This document shows positions 1 through 13,605 of a stretch of DNA of 64,000 nt, in pieces. The notes beneath the pieces were generated by a model, which was given only the letters and a program-made list of their open reading frames with translations, searched no databases and was not told where the DNA came from. The number at the start of each line of letters is the position of its first letter. Position 1 is the stretch's first letter. The stretch is from Klebsormidium nitens (taxonomy: Eukaryota; Plantae; Klebsormidiophyceae), in the NCBI GenBank assembly GCA_000708835.1, contig DF237002.1:62001-126000 (forward strand), given 5' to 3'. Made by a program: the position numbers and the translations under genes.

Positions 1-390
1 CGAGCTGGCTACCTGGCCAATGTGGCCCACTTTCAATGCAATGTGTCGGCCTGGGAACCTCACCGTTTTGACCGCACAACGTGTAATACCCCCATCAGTA
101 CTGCGCGCGACAACCGAAAATGCGATGCAACTTTGCACCCAGACAACTTTGAAGTGTGACGATGAAAGCGTCTGAACGATGGCAACTGGAATCTCTCAGA
201 CTCCTTCCAGAGGCCGACTACTAACATAAAAGGCCTCTTCGGAAGAGCCGACTCGGCGCGGATGGCCATGTGAAAATGCCATGGCATGGCAGCCCTCGCT
301 ACCGAACTTCAGACACATGCGGCAAGCGGGCTAAGCAGACTGAGTAGCAGGCTGTGTTGATAAAAGTCTTTGGCAGCATATCGCTTGTAA

Positions 391-1815
391 CTACGATGTG
401 AGCAAGCTGTGAAGTTGCTTCTGCATTCTCTCTATACTTGTTCGTGGAGAGAACCGAGGGATGGCAACCTGCAACATATGATTGAGGCAGTTTCAAAATG
501 GAAGGAGAAACACTTCTGACGAACCTCTCACCTACGCCACTCAGCTTCTTAGTGGGTATCAGTTCCAAACAGCAAAAGCTTCTCTCCTCAGGGGAAAGGG
601 AAGAACGAGACTGAACGCAACCCCTTTGCCCGAGATCGTTTCTGATGGAGAAGAAACAAACGGGGAAGAAGAAGTGGACGGAGAGCAAACCGGGAGCGCT
701 TCTTACGAATCTGGGTGTGGTCCGGACGACAACCTTTCAAAGAACTGAACGCATCTGGAACCAGAGCAATCCACACAACTGTCCAAGGTTCAGAAAGACG
801 CGCTGTCTAACCTCGTCGTCGCTCCCTTCATTCGACCATGTCAGCACGGGGATCTCGTACTGGTATGCCTGCTCCCATTCCTTCTTGTCGAGTATATTTC
901 GTATCTGTACAAACAAGAGAGGCGCTGGAGATTCTCAATTGCCGCTTGTCAGTTCTTGCTTATGCTTCAGACCTTCTTTTGAAAACTCACAGAGACTGTT
1001 AGGGTGTCGTTTCTTGCACAATCACAACTGAGATGACAGTCATACGTGCCCAGCGCAAAGCTGATAGCAGCAAATATTCCTCACAATGATGGCGGTCTAA
1101 CTTTCTCAGATTCCCCATCTATGAAACAATAAGGTTTGAAAGTTTGGAATCATCACCCGCAGCATCCAAAACAGTCCATACGTGATCTTTGATGAAGCTC
1201 GCCAAAGGGCAAAACACAGGTTTTGTGCCACATTGTGCTCACCTCTAGTTCCATCCCAGCGATGGAGTGCTCTCCTCCCATCATAAATGCCATGTCCAGC
1301 TTCTCTTTCAACCCATCACACAAGTGGCAACCTGGTTTGCTGTACAGTATGAGACGCTTTCCTGCAACAATTCCACCCGGCTGGCTAATCTCCTTCCCCG
1401 AAGCTCGACAAAGAGGCGCCCTTGAATGCAGACCTGATCGACCGTCACCACTCATTGATGGTTGAGGTGGTGCACTAGTAAGCTTCAAATGCTGACCAAA
1501 CGCACTGGCTTTTTGGAGTGGGGAGGATTGAATATGACTTGGCCACCGGCTTAGTGCCGTAGAAGGATGGCTGGCTACGTTCTTTTGAGGAAGGAGTTCT
1601 CTTTCCGATAATGAGCTGGACAATGCTGTGCTGGCTGAAGGCGCCCTGCCTTCAAAGCTCAAACCCCTTGCTGCAGTACATGAAGGACAAGTGAGTACAG
1701 CTGCAGGATTCTTTGCAATGATATTGAAACCTGTCAACGTTGCCAGCTCTTTGCTGCTTCTTCTAGAGCCCGAACAAAGCCTGACCGACTGCGACAGGAT
1801 GAAAGTACGCGACAT
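391..1815 (-). CDS. Glutaredoxin-like (DUF836, thioredoxin-fold) protein with long N-terminal transit-peptide-like region; exons 1815-1243, 904-812, 468-391
   Basis: Exon 1 has LILYSKPGCHLCDGLKEKL (CxxC). Phase-0 GT-AG joins give IRNILDKKEWEQAYQYEIPVLTW and VAIPRFSPRTSIERMQKQL*, matching the plant DUF836 family pattern as I recall it. Confidence 0.88.
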
Positions 1816-2399
1816 GGCTGCCCTTTCAAACCAGCGGCGCTAGGCAGAAGAAGATGAGAAGACAAGAAGCAAGAATCAGCTTTCTGCTTCAAAGAGAATT
1901 CTCTTAGCGAGGCGCCTCGAAAACCACTTTCAAGAACTCTGTTCGAAACTGGTGCTGTGCGTCAGCTAGAGACAGCTTTGACACTGGTTAAACATTCATG
2001 GTTTAGCATGAGACATTATGCACCTGTTGTCATTATTTGGAAAGCGGCGCTACCTCCGCTATCTGGAACCGTGAGTCGCAACTGCCTAGCTACTAATTCT
2101 AACGTTGGCTCAGCTCCTTGTGCGAGTTAACCCAGTACGTTGACTTAACCACATTGACAGAAGGGGCAAATGCTTGGCACCCAGGGCCAGAGGTCACATG
2201 CAGCCTCAGAAATGCAGGGGTCAAGGCCGCATTTGCGAAAGCTCCTGGTACTAGTAGAGCCTGCTGCGAGAGTGTGAGACTGCTTCGTCCACCAGGCAAG
2301 AAAGTGGTTCGAAAGTGGCAGGCGCAGCCTCTTGCAAGAAAGTAACTCGTCAAGAAGCAGCCGGTGCAGGAATTCATCGCCAATCAATCTGTCTTCGCC

Positions 2400-4248
2400 A
2401 TGGCGGTGACTGGTGTTGGCATCAAGTACACCTCCAGCAGACTTTTGCAGGTAACACCACTATCAAGTCACAAAGAAGCAAGCGACAGCATCTGGTTTGG
2501 AGGCAATTGCCTGGAGTGGAAGAAACTGACTTGCCCCACAAGAAATACTCAAAAAGCGAGATTGCCTGTCCGAGTAGACGCCACATGGCCATCAAAGGCC
2601 CATTCTGAAACAAAGCACGTGGAATCGAGTGCGTCGTCTCAGGGTCTGGAAACGGAGGACTTCAATAGGCACTCTGCCCATCCAGAAGGTGAGTTTTGTG
2701 GCCCTGCAAGGGCTTGGGCTGGGAACTGCCAACTGAGCTATCTTACACCACCGTCCCTATTGTCGCCCGTTAGAGCTTAATTTTGTAGCTGCAGAGAATC
2801 ACATCTGGAATTTACCCCCCCGACACCCTCCCAACAGACTGGTGCCTTTTATGGGCTGAAAAGGTGCCCACCAAGTTGGCACCAATCAACTCATATGTCT
2901 AGCGTTGAAAGGGCATCATTTAGGCCCTTGGTGACAAAGCAACGCCCCAATTGGCACAGGCTTGCGGGCGTCCATCATGCCTAGAGTACAAGATGGTGCC
3001 TAACCAACAACAGGAAGTCATTATTTGTAGGCATTCAACGCAACTGTTTGGCACTGGCCTTTTTGGCGCGTTGTAGGCGTCAATCTACTGAGGGGGGGGA
3101 TTGTGACGAATCCTTCCATAAGAAGACGTATTCAATTGCGTGGTCTTGCTCTGTATCTTCAATCCAACCTTGCAAGTTGCCAGGATTTGTCAAAGGGCAA
3201 AAGAGCGATTGTACGGACTCTTCTTGATCAAGGAGGCAACTCGTTTCTGGATTGTAAAGTTTGTCGTTTTCATTGGGGGATCAAAGGTTTGAATGTTTGC
3301 CACGTATCGTCTGGCCTGATGAAGCCTCCATTGACCATCCTGTGAACCAGGCAGTGATTGCTTCGCCTCAAGCAACTTTTGTTGGTCTTCGCCACCGTTG
3401 TTTCCATTACAAAGTGTGCACGTTGTCTCTCCTCCAGGTTCGTGCGGCTTTGATCCTCAGCATGCGCACCGGCGGTCCCAATTCACTTTAACCACCGTTT
3501 GTAGACGACAAATGCTTGCTATGTCAATTGCAGTCGCGTTGAGTTCCAAAAGCCAGCCTGTCAATGCCGCTGAAACAGAAGCGGCTCCGCCTAAGAAAGA
3601 AGAAAGCACGCTAGACAGCATAACGTCGTTTTTAGACCCAGACGAGCTTGCGCCTTCCGGCCGCAAGATCCCAAAAGCATACAAGAAACAGGTTAGGGAG
3701 GTAGTTAGGACGTTAAGGGAGTCTTTGTCAGACCAGGATACCAAGGACTTCAGGCGAAAGGCAGACCCTGCAAAGGAAGCAATCCGGGGTTACATCGTAA
3801 ATTGGAGAGGCGCAAGTTCGGTGCAATCTGAGGTAATAGCAGTCAGTCCATTTAAACCCTGTGAAAACATTCTGCCGGCACAATTGTCTTCTCTTTTCTG
3901 CCACGCTTCTTTTCACTGCTTGCACCGACTTCCTTCAATCCTACCGGAACTTGATGATCAGCACGTCCAATCAATGACTTCTGTATAGCTGCTGGAAGAG
4001 ACCCATGCTGGTAAAGTATTCAGGAAAAGAAACCGGCAAAGACTTACTCAGTAGTTGTCCGGACTCGACCTTAGTCAAGCTCCAGAAACGACTTCTCTGA
4101 TGCCTTGCAGGTTTCGTATACCGCCCTCGAGCGTGTGCTTCGAGCTCTGGGAGCGTTCTATTCAAAAGCCGGGCCAAACGCGCGAGTTACAGATGAGTTG
4201 CGGCAGCAAGTTTTTAAAGACCTGGAGCTTGCAGAGAACTCGGTGTGA
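2400..4248 (+). CDS. PSB27-H2: Photosystem II assembly/repair factor PSB27-H2 (LPA19-like); exons 2400-2688, 3438-3832, 4111-4248
   Basis: FLDPDELAPSGRKIPKAYKKQVREVVRTLRESL...FRRKADPAKEAIRGYIVNWRG joined to VSYTALERVLRALGAFYSKAGPNARVTDELRQQVFKDLELAE closely matches land-plant PSB27-H2. Splice phases are consistent and there is a bipartite transit-like N-terminus. Confidence 0.9.
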
Positions 4249-5251
4249 AATTAATATGCCCGGATGTATCATTTGCAGCCCTGCCTGATGACAAGCTTGC
4301 TTGAAACCTTTGACTTTGCAACTCGATTGTATATCAAAACGATTGAAGCACCGGATCTGGTATCCACATCAGGCTCCAAAGAAGCCGGTGATCGAGTCAA
4401 GTCATTGCACTCGAATCTTTGCCGCAGTTTCGGTCGTATGGGGCTGTACGTTAGCTAGGATGTATTGGCTGCCTGCATAATTTCACCAAGTCGATGGAAG
4501 GAGCAAAGGCGCCGTGTTGAGTGCTACTAGTATGTGTGGGCTTTGTCCCGGGCCGCGACTTTTAAGTAGCTATTTGTTCATAAGTTCTCATGTTAAAGTG
4601 TAGTCAGCGTACGAAAGTTTCTGTTTCGCGCGAGACGTACAACAACAATCTGAAAATCGACCCAAGTACTGCAAGATATATGGACAGCTGTCTACGTTAC
4701 TGAAGGCTGCATATCTGCGATGAATATAGCAAGCTGACTTGTCGCATGCACTCTTAATTTCTCGGGACAATTCGAATAAGCTTCTTCTGGTCACATAATT
4801 TCAATCCCGTCAAATCGATAGCTAGGTGCATCCCTTCAACGCTGTTTCCAATGCGCGGATCCATGCGGCTGTTGCGGTACAATGTGCTCGAGATCCCACA
4901 GCAATGAGTCTCGTGTTCGTTTTGCTAAGTTCGTTCTTTCCCTTCGTACCAATCTGCTTGCACGAGATGCGACATATGCCTTTGAAAGAGTCTTCTGCAC
5001 TTCGGCCAAGCACTGAGCTCGACTTGAGCTCAAGCTTATATAGCTCACATTGACATTACCATCCGTGGCGGCATGTGCCAGGAAATGAATCCCTTAAATG
5101 GAGACTAACTGAGAGTATATACGTTTGTCTTTTGCGTCAGGGCCTGGCCGAGACTCGGGCTCAAGGAGAGGCTTGTGCAAGCAGCCTGCTCCCGTCCAAA
5201 TTGCTATACGACGCGATACGTCCGCTTCAAAGTCCGTCTCAACTGATTTGT

Positions 5252-5530
5252 TTCAAGCTCTTCTTTTTCTATTCTAGGTTTATAAGATGTGCAATATCAA
5301 ACCAGTCTAGGGCTTTCAGCTCTCCTTAAAAGGAACTGCGATTAGTATCCAACCTATTCCACTCCCACTTCTAACTTCACAGTCCGTGTCAACTCGTTCT
5401 CTCAAGCTCTTACCTTTTTTGTTTGTAGGATGTACTATACCATATCAGTCTAGGGTGTTCAGCCCTCTCCAGAAGGAACTCCGATTAGTATCCAACCTAT
5501 TCCAAACCCACTTCTAAGTCCACAGTAGTC
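5252..5530. repeat. Degenerate two-unit tandem repeat, period about 149 bp
   Basis: The units share tcaagctc...cagtctaggg..ttcagc...aaggaact.cgattagtatccaacctattcc...cccacttctaa...cacagt, starting near 5252 and 5401. Confidence 0.85.
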
Positions 5531-5748
5531 ACGCTTGGGTGTAGGGGTTCAACGTTGCTCATGCAGTATGTACACACCCCTCCTTCCATCGATCGATCTC
5601 AAAGACTGCTAGCGAGCTATAACAAGATGCCGAATAACGTTTTGGCACAATTTGAGCAAGCTTGGCTGGCCAGCGATGACGTTGCAAAACCTTTTGCTAT
5701 AGTGAACCCACACTCACTTGATACAAGAGCGCTCTTAATCCTCTTACT

Positions 5749-7715
5749 GTGCCACCGATTTGCGGCCGTGGTGGCCAGAGCAGAACATCTCGCCCTCGTC
5801 GTAGTCGAAGAAGCCGCTCATGAAGAAAACCTGCATAGGCCAGTGCTTGGTACGTTTAAAAGCTCTGGCCCGAAATCAAAATAAGTTCTGCACCACTCTC
5901 AATCTCGGGGCAGTCGCAGGAAGATACTCACACCGTCAAATGAGCACAGCGCTTAACCTGGCCGGCGGTTCCAACAGGCCGACGAGCAGACCAAGGCCTC
6001 TTCATCAACGAACCAAAACCGATCATGGCCACCTGACTTCGCAGCTAAACGAGAGCTCATGTCGCAGTAGAGAGAATAGGACGCGCTATCCTAGGTGGTG
6101 GCGACCACAAAATTTGCAATTGACGCATTTCGTGCGTGCAATCTTGGACAGGATCCCGAAGCAAAGGAATTAGCAACTCAAGACTGGTGTGTCAAATTTG
6201 ACCTGCTGCGGCTGAGCCCCTTCGTCTGTCGGCAAGAGCAAGCCCAACAATGGCTGAAAACTGGCCAGCACATGTAGAAGTCAAAGAGCTCAAACCCGCC
6301 GATAAGGAACGCACCGTATTATGGAAGGCTTCACTTGTCTGAATCGCGTACAGCAGGCTCTTGCCGAACAGCACCTCACGGCGGGCAAATTCCTGCACAG
6401 CGGGCAGGTGGAGGGATCGGCAAGAGCACCTGTTCTGCGTCCCTGAGAAGTGGCGGTGCTTGCTGGTTACCGCAAGCTTGCAGCAACCTCACGCACGCAG
6501 GCAGACCAAAGACATGCCCTGTGTGCACCAAGGACCGAAGGCAGCAGCTCCTCACCCCACAGCCTGTGGGGTGGCGGCTGCCTGCTTGACGCTCCAGCAA
6601 GGCAGTTTCAACGGAGGCAGTGTGCGCAGCAACTCCAGGCAGTCCTACCTTGTGAGCTGGTTTGCCTGCCCACTTCCGCTTGTACTCATGTGCATACTGC
6701 ATGTAGCCTTCCTCCAAGCCCCCCTCTGCCACCTTTTTAACGATCGGGTCCACATGCCAGCTCTTCTGCACCAGCCGCTTCACTGCCTCCTGCACCTGGC
6801 CTCGAAGCTTCTCCAGGTTGGGCGGGTACTGCTTCCAGGCGGCATCCAGGCCCTTGACGATGCGAGCTGTCTCCTTCGCAGAGATGGGCGGCTGGAGAGG
6901 CAAGTGAAAGCAATTTGCAGTTACTGGTGGCCTCCGGCTTGCGTCCAGTGCTCTCTAACGAGCTGCGCCCCCCGGATGCAAAATGATCACCACTTGATGA
7001 CCCTCGTAGATTGACTCCTCGGAACAGCCAACAGGGGACTGCAAGATGCCATGCCACGTCCTCATGACAAGCTTCAGAAAAAGGGTAGCGTGTATCCAGA
7101 TGGTCCCTCAACAAGCAATGCTTTCTGGCCTGCGGTTCGCCTTTGTTGCACAGGAAACTACTGCGCACATAGCTCTGAGACTGAGCTAGTACAGGCAAAC
7201 GGGACGGGAACGGGACTTCCCGCACCTCTTCGCTGCCACTGTTGCTTGCCACTGCGCTGACCCTCACCTTCGCGCTGCCCTGTTTTACAAAGCGCATGGG
7301 ATGTGAGAACACCTTGCAGGCACAACCTTAACATACACGACCGTCTTAGCCTTCACAGCAAAGGGGGGTTCATACCCTGTCAGCAAAGTGCCCCCTGTAG
7401 AAGTAGCATCCGGAGATGAGCCTCAACGACATTGCCCCATTTTCAAGGTGCAGCACAATTGGGGGATAATCATACGACTGGAGTCCACAATGCATGCTTT
7501 CAGACAAGAAGACGCGTTACCTTCGCCTTCATCCCTGGCTTCCTGAGCCCTGTCTTGCCGTCCAGCACATTCACCCCCCCCTTCCTGACCCCTGCCTTGG
7601 CAACCATTAGAGCCTTAGCTTTCCGCTTCCTGAGCCCTGTCCCGGCGTTCTTCAGTACCTTCACCCCCGTTTTCGTGAGCGCCCCTTCCTTGGCTATTTT
7701 TGCAGCATATCGTGC
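5749..7715 (-). CDS. Probable multi-exon gene (or gene relic) of unknown function; full model not resolved
   Basis: Exon-like blocks bounded by plausible AG/GT sites: about 7715-7520 (Lys/Gly-rich, internally repeated), about 6890-6650 (PPISAKETARIVKGLDAAWKQYPPNLEKLRGQVQEAVKRLVQKSWHVDPIVKK...), about 6390-6340 (EFARREVLFGKSLLYAIQT) and about 5831-5749 (VFFMSGFFDYDEGEMFCSGHHGRKSVA, strongly GC3-biased, gtaaga donor). No family recognised. Confidence 0.35.
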
Positions 7716-8311
7716 TGAGAATCACCGCACTCTATGGTATCACTTCATCAGGTTATGCCAGCTCTTATATGCTAAACCGGCCATCAATGATGGAAATGCT
7801 GCCACAGATATATCCAGGTTATTACCCGCTTATGCATGTTATGTAATATCACTTTCAGAACATTTAGATTCTTTCCAAGTGACTGAAATTCTCCCGAAAT
7901 CGTAAAGAGCCTTGCAATGATCGAACCTGTATTACATAGTAAAATACTCAATTTTGATATTGAAGCGGGGTGCTAATACAGGCACTGCTAAGTGCTTATG
8001 GCCCTTCTCCGCATGCGAGATGGGCGCTTCTTGCTTCAGGGTGATCCCTTCAGCCTTCAGGCTCAGCAGTCACGCAGGACGAAACGAACCCTGTGCCATG
8101 CTGAGATAAGATTACAGGTCTACCTGCGGGAGAAGCAGTAGAGTCGAAAAGCAGCATCTCGGAGCTGCGCCCTCCATTGGAGGGTTGACAGGGCTCATAT
8201 TAGGAGCATGCTCAGCTTATGCGGACGTCCTCTAAACTCTAGCTTAGTCATTTTCTAGCTGATCTGGTGTGGTCAAATCCAGCTGAAGGGACCAGCCTAC
8301 TAAGAGGCAGA

Positions 8312-11300
8312 ATGGTAAGTTTGACGCGGCTTCTGACTCAGAGCTCTGGGCTAGTGCCAGCTTTCAATCTGCTTTGGCCTCCCTAGCACGGCTGTTAATA
8401 TGGGCTATGCAAGGGGTTTTCAGCCAGCTTTATCTATTGACGGAAGCATTTTCCAATGAGCTTCCCAGTATATTGCTTATAGAGTAAATCAGTCCATATG
8501 CAGACTCCTGCGAGCATGGCACGTGCTTATCATTCTTAAAGTTCTGTGACATAATGCCCGGGCTATCTACTACTTTCTGTGCACTAACAAAAGAAGAGCT
8601 CTCTGTTCCAATGTGGCAGGCTGACGGGAAGTCAGACCTGGTAGCTGAGTTTCTGGGCCTGGTTTCTGCCAAAAACTATGGCAAGGCAAACCACATGTTT
8701 GTAGCGCTTGTGGACGAAGTTGCTGGGAAGATGCTCCTTCCCGCCCAAGAGCAACAGCTGCAACTGAAACCGACGAAAGCGTTCAAGAAGGTAGTTCCAG
8801 AGACCATGTGCTTGTTACCGGTTGCTGTGGAGATCTTTGGATGCTTTCTTTGAGGACCTGCAAAATCCGGACGACTTTGCTTCTTATTTGCCAACAATTT
8901 GAAGTTCTCGCATAATTTTGAATTTTTGAGACATACTGACGTAGCGGGATGTATCGCCTGTATGCGCCATTGAGCGCTCCAAATGCAGCGAACATCTTGT
9001 CATCGATGTTTGATGACAACTTTCCCAATGACGTTCTCAACTTAGTGCCTGCTTTTCCTTCTATTCATCTGTCCTGCTCACACATGATCTGAAGGTGGTC
9101 TGGTCACTGCTTATGACTGACTCTCTCATCAATAGAAGAAGACTGGGTTTGCTTGTTGAAACTAGCTTCCCACCGCACTCTTCCGATTTTACATCAAGAC
9201 AAACCTGTCCATAAGCATCTCTCTCCTCCAATTATCCAAGCTGCTGAAGGACGAAGAAGTGGTGCGCAGCATGATGACCATCCTTCTAGAGAGCGATGAG
9301 TGCATTGTCATGCTGAGTGCCATCTGTCGGATCACGGTCGCACCTGGGTTTGCAAGGCAGGTAAGAAATGCCTCTTTCTTATGTACCTGGAAGGATTGAC
9401 TAGGTGATATCCAAAGAGCTGAGGACAGAAACTTTATTGCAAACCCCCCCTGTAAATGGTGAAGTCTGCATAAATCTAGCAGGCCAGGTCTGCCCTGCTA
9501 TGAAGTAGAATTGGTCCTGCACTCCCTTGCCGAAAGTTCCAGCAATGGCTGGTGTTGTAAAAGCTTCAAAGTATGGAAGTTTGCAGACAGATATGGCCAT
9601 CGTTTCTGTCATTCAAAAGGCTCTATTATCAAAGCTTCATTGAACTTGTAGGACCCGATATTGATGACACCCGTAATCAGCCAGAGAAAGCAATCTCCCA
9701 AATGTTCTCTTATTCTGTCTTTGCAGATTGCATCCTGCAGCACGGCGGTCGATTCGCTGCGCCAACTCGGCTCGCTGCTCTTCCCCGTCGTCCTCCGAAA
9801 CCTCTCGCACAGCTCAACCGTCTCCCAAACGGAAGCTTCGGCTTTGCAAGGCTGCTCACTGTACATGAAAACCCTGATGAACCTGCTGGGTCACAGCCCT
9901 GAATTCACGGAACGCGCTTTCCGCCACGAGTACCTCCCGCTGCTGACATCATTCTTCCCGTTCCCCGGGGCTCCCCCCCGTGCGGCCGAGGGCGCGCGTG
10001 CCAGTCTGTATGCGCACTTAGCGGTCCCCACAATGGGAGCGTTCGACAACTTCGTGGACACCGTCTCAAAGGCGAAGAACGTTGTGCGCAGCGGGGCGGC
10101 GGCCGGACTTATCCCGTGGCTGACCCGGTTCTTTGATCTGCTCACCGCCCTGCTGAAGCAGTTTCCCGGACGACCTCAGGAGAATCGGGAGGCGCGAGTG
10201 ACAGCCAGGAGCCTTCTGTTTCGGCTGAACCTGCTATGCGAACAGGCGACGGAGCTGTCCCCCGATCTGCTAAAAGGGGCCGATTTCGAGGCTCTCCACA
10301 GGTCCGTTAAGGATGTAAAGCCTCTGCTAGACGACGCCGGGAAGGGGAACGCGGAGCTCTTCCTGGGCCAACTGCGGCATCGAATCCAGAAGGAGAAGCA
10401 CGGCCCCCCCGTACTGGAGCCGTCGGATATAGGGAGGGTCATGAAAGGGCTGGAAGCAGTCCGGTTGGCAGGCCCGAGTTCTCCGGTCGATCTCACGGAC
10501 GAACTCTTGCTCAGCCTCCTTATGCTGTTACCCGGAGACTTTGGAAAGCTCCTCAAAAAGAATCCGAATGTGATCCCCGTGCTGCGAGATTCGCTCGTCG
10601 CTGACGTCAGCAGAGCTGCCAAGAAGCCCCGGTCTCTGGACGCCAAAGGCCAGGAGCGGATGCGGAACACGGCGATGTGTCTGTGCTCCTTTCTGGCGGT
10701 CGGGGCTAACGAAAAGACGCTCCCGGCAGCTGTGTTCGACAATGTGGGTTCCGCGATCGTGAGCATCTTCAAGCCCGGGCTCTCGGTTCTCGACCCCCCC
10801 GGCCACCTGCGCCTCCTGGAGCTTCTCGTCTTCTGCTTCAACTCGGGCGGCGATGCGGCTGCCACGCGGCGCGAGTACGCGCGCGCGCTCGCTAGGGTGA
10901 ACTTCCTGGACCTCTACAAACCCGCGGCCAACTTGGCGTGGCACCTCGCGGCAACCGTGTTCGGCGCGCGCACCTGGCTGGACCCGAAAGTGGTGTGCGC
11001 GCACGAAATCCAGGTCGGGCGGCAGTTCGGCTTCACCCCGCGGGAACACACGGTCGAAGGACACGTGTCGGGCTCACTGCCCGCGGGCGATGTGAACAGG
11101 CTCGTGGACCAGGCGCTGCGGGTGCTTCAGGAGGCGTGCGTGACCCCGTTCACACCGGAGGACCGCGTGCAGGACGCTGCGGAGATCGTTCGGCGGAGCG
11201 TCAACGAGTGCCCCGCGGTACTTGAGCTGGTCGTTTCCCGCATCGGGCACGTGACGGGACTTCTGGAGATCGTGAGCTCCAGGTTGACGCGAGAGTTCGG

Positions 11301-12720
11301 ACGGCGCTTCCTGGAGGACTCTCCTTCCCGCCAGGGCTTCGCGACGCCGGAGGAAATCAGTCAGTGGATGGGCGTATGTGGGCCGCTCTTGATGGTGTTC
11401 AAATCTGCTTTTGACACGTGTAAGGCGAAGAGGGCGTCGAGGGAGAAGCTGCTGCGGGAGACGGCCGGCAATGGCGGGATCGTGGTGTGTCAAGGAACTC
11501 TCCGTGATTCCCGGGCGCTTTTGACCGGCGCCGCAACTAGTGTGGGCGCACCCCGGAGAAACCCAGCCGAACGCGCGCAAGAAGCGGAGGAGCAGCTCGG
11601 GGAAAGCCTCCCCCAGAACGCAATCGCGCGGGAGATCTGGGCGGCGTATGCAGAGCTGTTCAACCTCAAAGAATGCACCAACCAGGTAGGTATCCAGTAA
11701 GGGCTTAGAAAAGTACTCGCTTTACGGTGGCTGATCATGGTTATTAAGGATTGGTGCCAGTCTGTTTTCCAATTCTGTATGCAATTGCACGACTGCTTCT
11801 GGAATGAAGTCTTGTGAGGCCCTCAATGATCTGGGCTGCAGCACGAGGTTCATCAGTATGAGGCTTGATCGCTGTCCCGTTCTGGGATGAACTGGTCAGC
11901 ACAATCTAGCCTCACAAAGCCCGTGTCACCTGAAAGTCGCACTTAATCGGCGCTTCAACTTGCGGTCTGAGTTCTGCGAAAGGTTTGAAACCCATCTCCG
12001 AGATCCGCAGTAGGGCTTCTCGTGTTAAGTTTGCCATGCGAAAATGACCCCCTTCGGAACGTCTCTGCTCTCTGCCGTCTTTGGGGAATGCGGACTGTGT
12101 GATCGCAAGCACGATATATCCAACGGCATGGTTCAAATCTGCAAACAAATCGACGGCTCTCCGTTTCTTCCGCAGGCGTGTGTGGCCGGGGTGGTCGAGG
12201 TCCGCCAGAAGACGTTCAAGGCGTGCGGCGCGTGCGGCGCAGCCCAATACTGCTCGCGCGAGTGCCAAGTGAGTGTGAATAAGCCCTTGATTTCTTGACC
12301 GGTCCCATAAAAATTCTGTACCTTAATCCTCAAACTCGTTAAATTCCCAGATGCGCAACCGTGGGGGCTGATTTAACAGGGATCGTTGAAACCGGGCTGT
12401 TCGAGAACGAGTCGCTAAAGCACAAGTCATCAGCAGATCAGACTAAGCCGATGCGACAGCCATTTCTGATAGTGATCAGGCGAACCTCCAAGTAGCACAC
12501 TGTCCGTCCTTCGGAGTGTTGTTCGACGTAATGGCCAGCCCTAGTTGTGATCGTCATTAGGCAACGCTTATGCATCGCTCAATACTTGTACATCGTTCTT
12601 GTCGAATTGCAGATGGTCCATTGGAAGAACGGACACAAAAAGGACTGCAAAGTTTCAAGGCAGGGGGCAAATAGTGGGAGGGAGAAGGGAAAGCGAAGCA
12701 AAGACAACGGAGGGGGATGA
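8312..12720 (+). CDS. Helical (ARM-like) protein with C-terminal MYND-type zinc finger; exons 8312-8314, 8620-8790, 9241-9360, 9727-11685, 12176-12268, 12613-12720
   Basis: All joins are phase 0 with GT-AG ends. Spliced C-terminus ECTNQAC...KACGACGAAQYCSRECQMVHWKNGHKKDC fits the MYND consensus. The 653-codon exon is Leu-rich and helical-looking. The first three exons are less certain. Confidence 0.82.
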
Positions 12721-13605
12721 GTACAATTTGTGCATACTTCGATGCCCGGACAGACGTCTACACATAAGAAGGGTCGAGTCGCGTGCAGAGCTTCCGCATG
12801 AATTGTTACGAGTCCCGAATTGAGACTGGACTGCTTTTGTATAGGTTGAAGCAACAGTTTCGAGTCAGACGGCCAACAGCGCACTCGATTTAGGCAGTCG
12901 CACACTTAAGCAAAAGACCCGACAACGCGTACCGCTGTAGCTTCCCGCTCACATGCGGGTCTGGTGTGCGCCGGGCCAGTTTGAATGCCTAAAAAGTGTT
13001 TGGCGCTCTTCTAAATTTTGAGCTTTTTCATGCTTCTATTCAAGCTTGCTAATGATCAATGCATGCCGTCAGTGCAAAGATGTGCTCTTGATCCAAATTG
13101 ACATTCCCAACGCCAATGTCCCTTAAATAACACTCCTACTATAGTCTATTTGGATCGCGTTGGCGATTTAATGGCCGCGGCATGGTACGGTTATCACAGG
13201 CTTCCATGCATGTGCGCGCGCGACTTGCGCGGCGATCAATGGATTGCATGCCAGATCGGCAGACAGGCACTCCAGATCGGTAGGTAGTGTTGAGAAGTAA
13301 GACTCGAAATGCATGCGCACGCTTTCCACGACTGGCGTGTACCTTGCCATATAGTCACATGTGGCCTGCCGCCTTTCCGCTTCAGAGCACAACGTAGTGG
13401 ATTGTATGAAGACAGCAGAAATAATCAGACCTCAACAACTCACTTGATCAAGCGCAGGGTTTCTTCTATGCCTGTATCGGTGACATCGTCATTCTATTTC
13501 TCAATATTCGATTGACCTCAGAGGATCAGAGTTGTCAGGGAAAGGAAATTAGCAAGGCCTTGGTCGAAATTGTCGCTGCCGGAGCTCCAAGTGATTGAGT
13601 ACGAT

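Noticed and set aside
4836-5048. WDLEHIVPQQPHGSAHW resembles the EHIxPQ motif of DUF1524/HNH nucleases
   Set aside because: The short ORF stops four codons later, with no downstream GNL motif and no supporting splice context; likely chance.
10176-11738. Long antisense and alternative-frame ORFs over the MYND exon (similar ones over GT, RLCK, DPH2 and GH17 exons)
   Set aside because: Shadow ORFs of high-GC3 coding sequence with no independent motifs.
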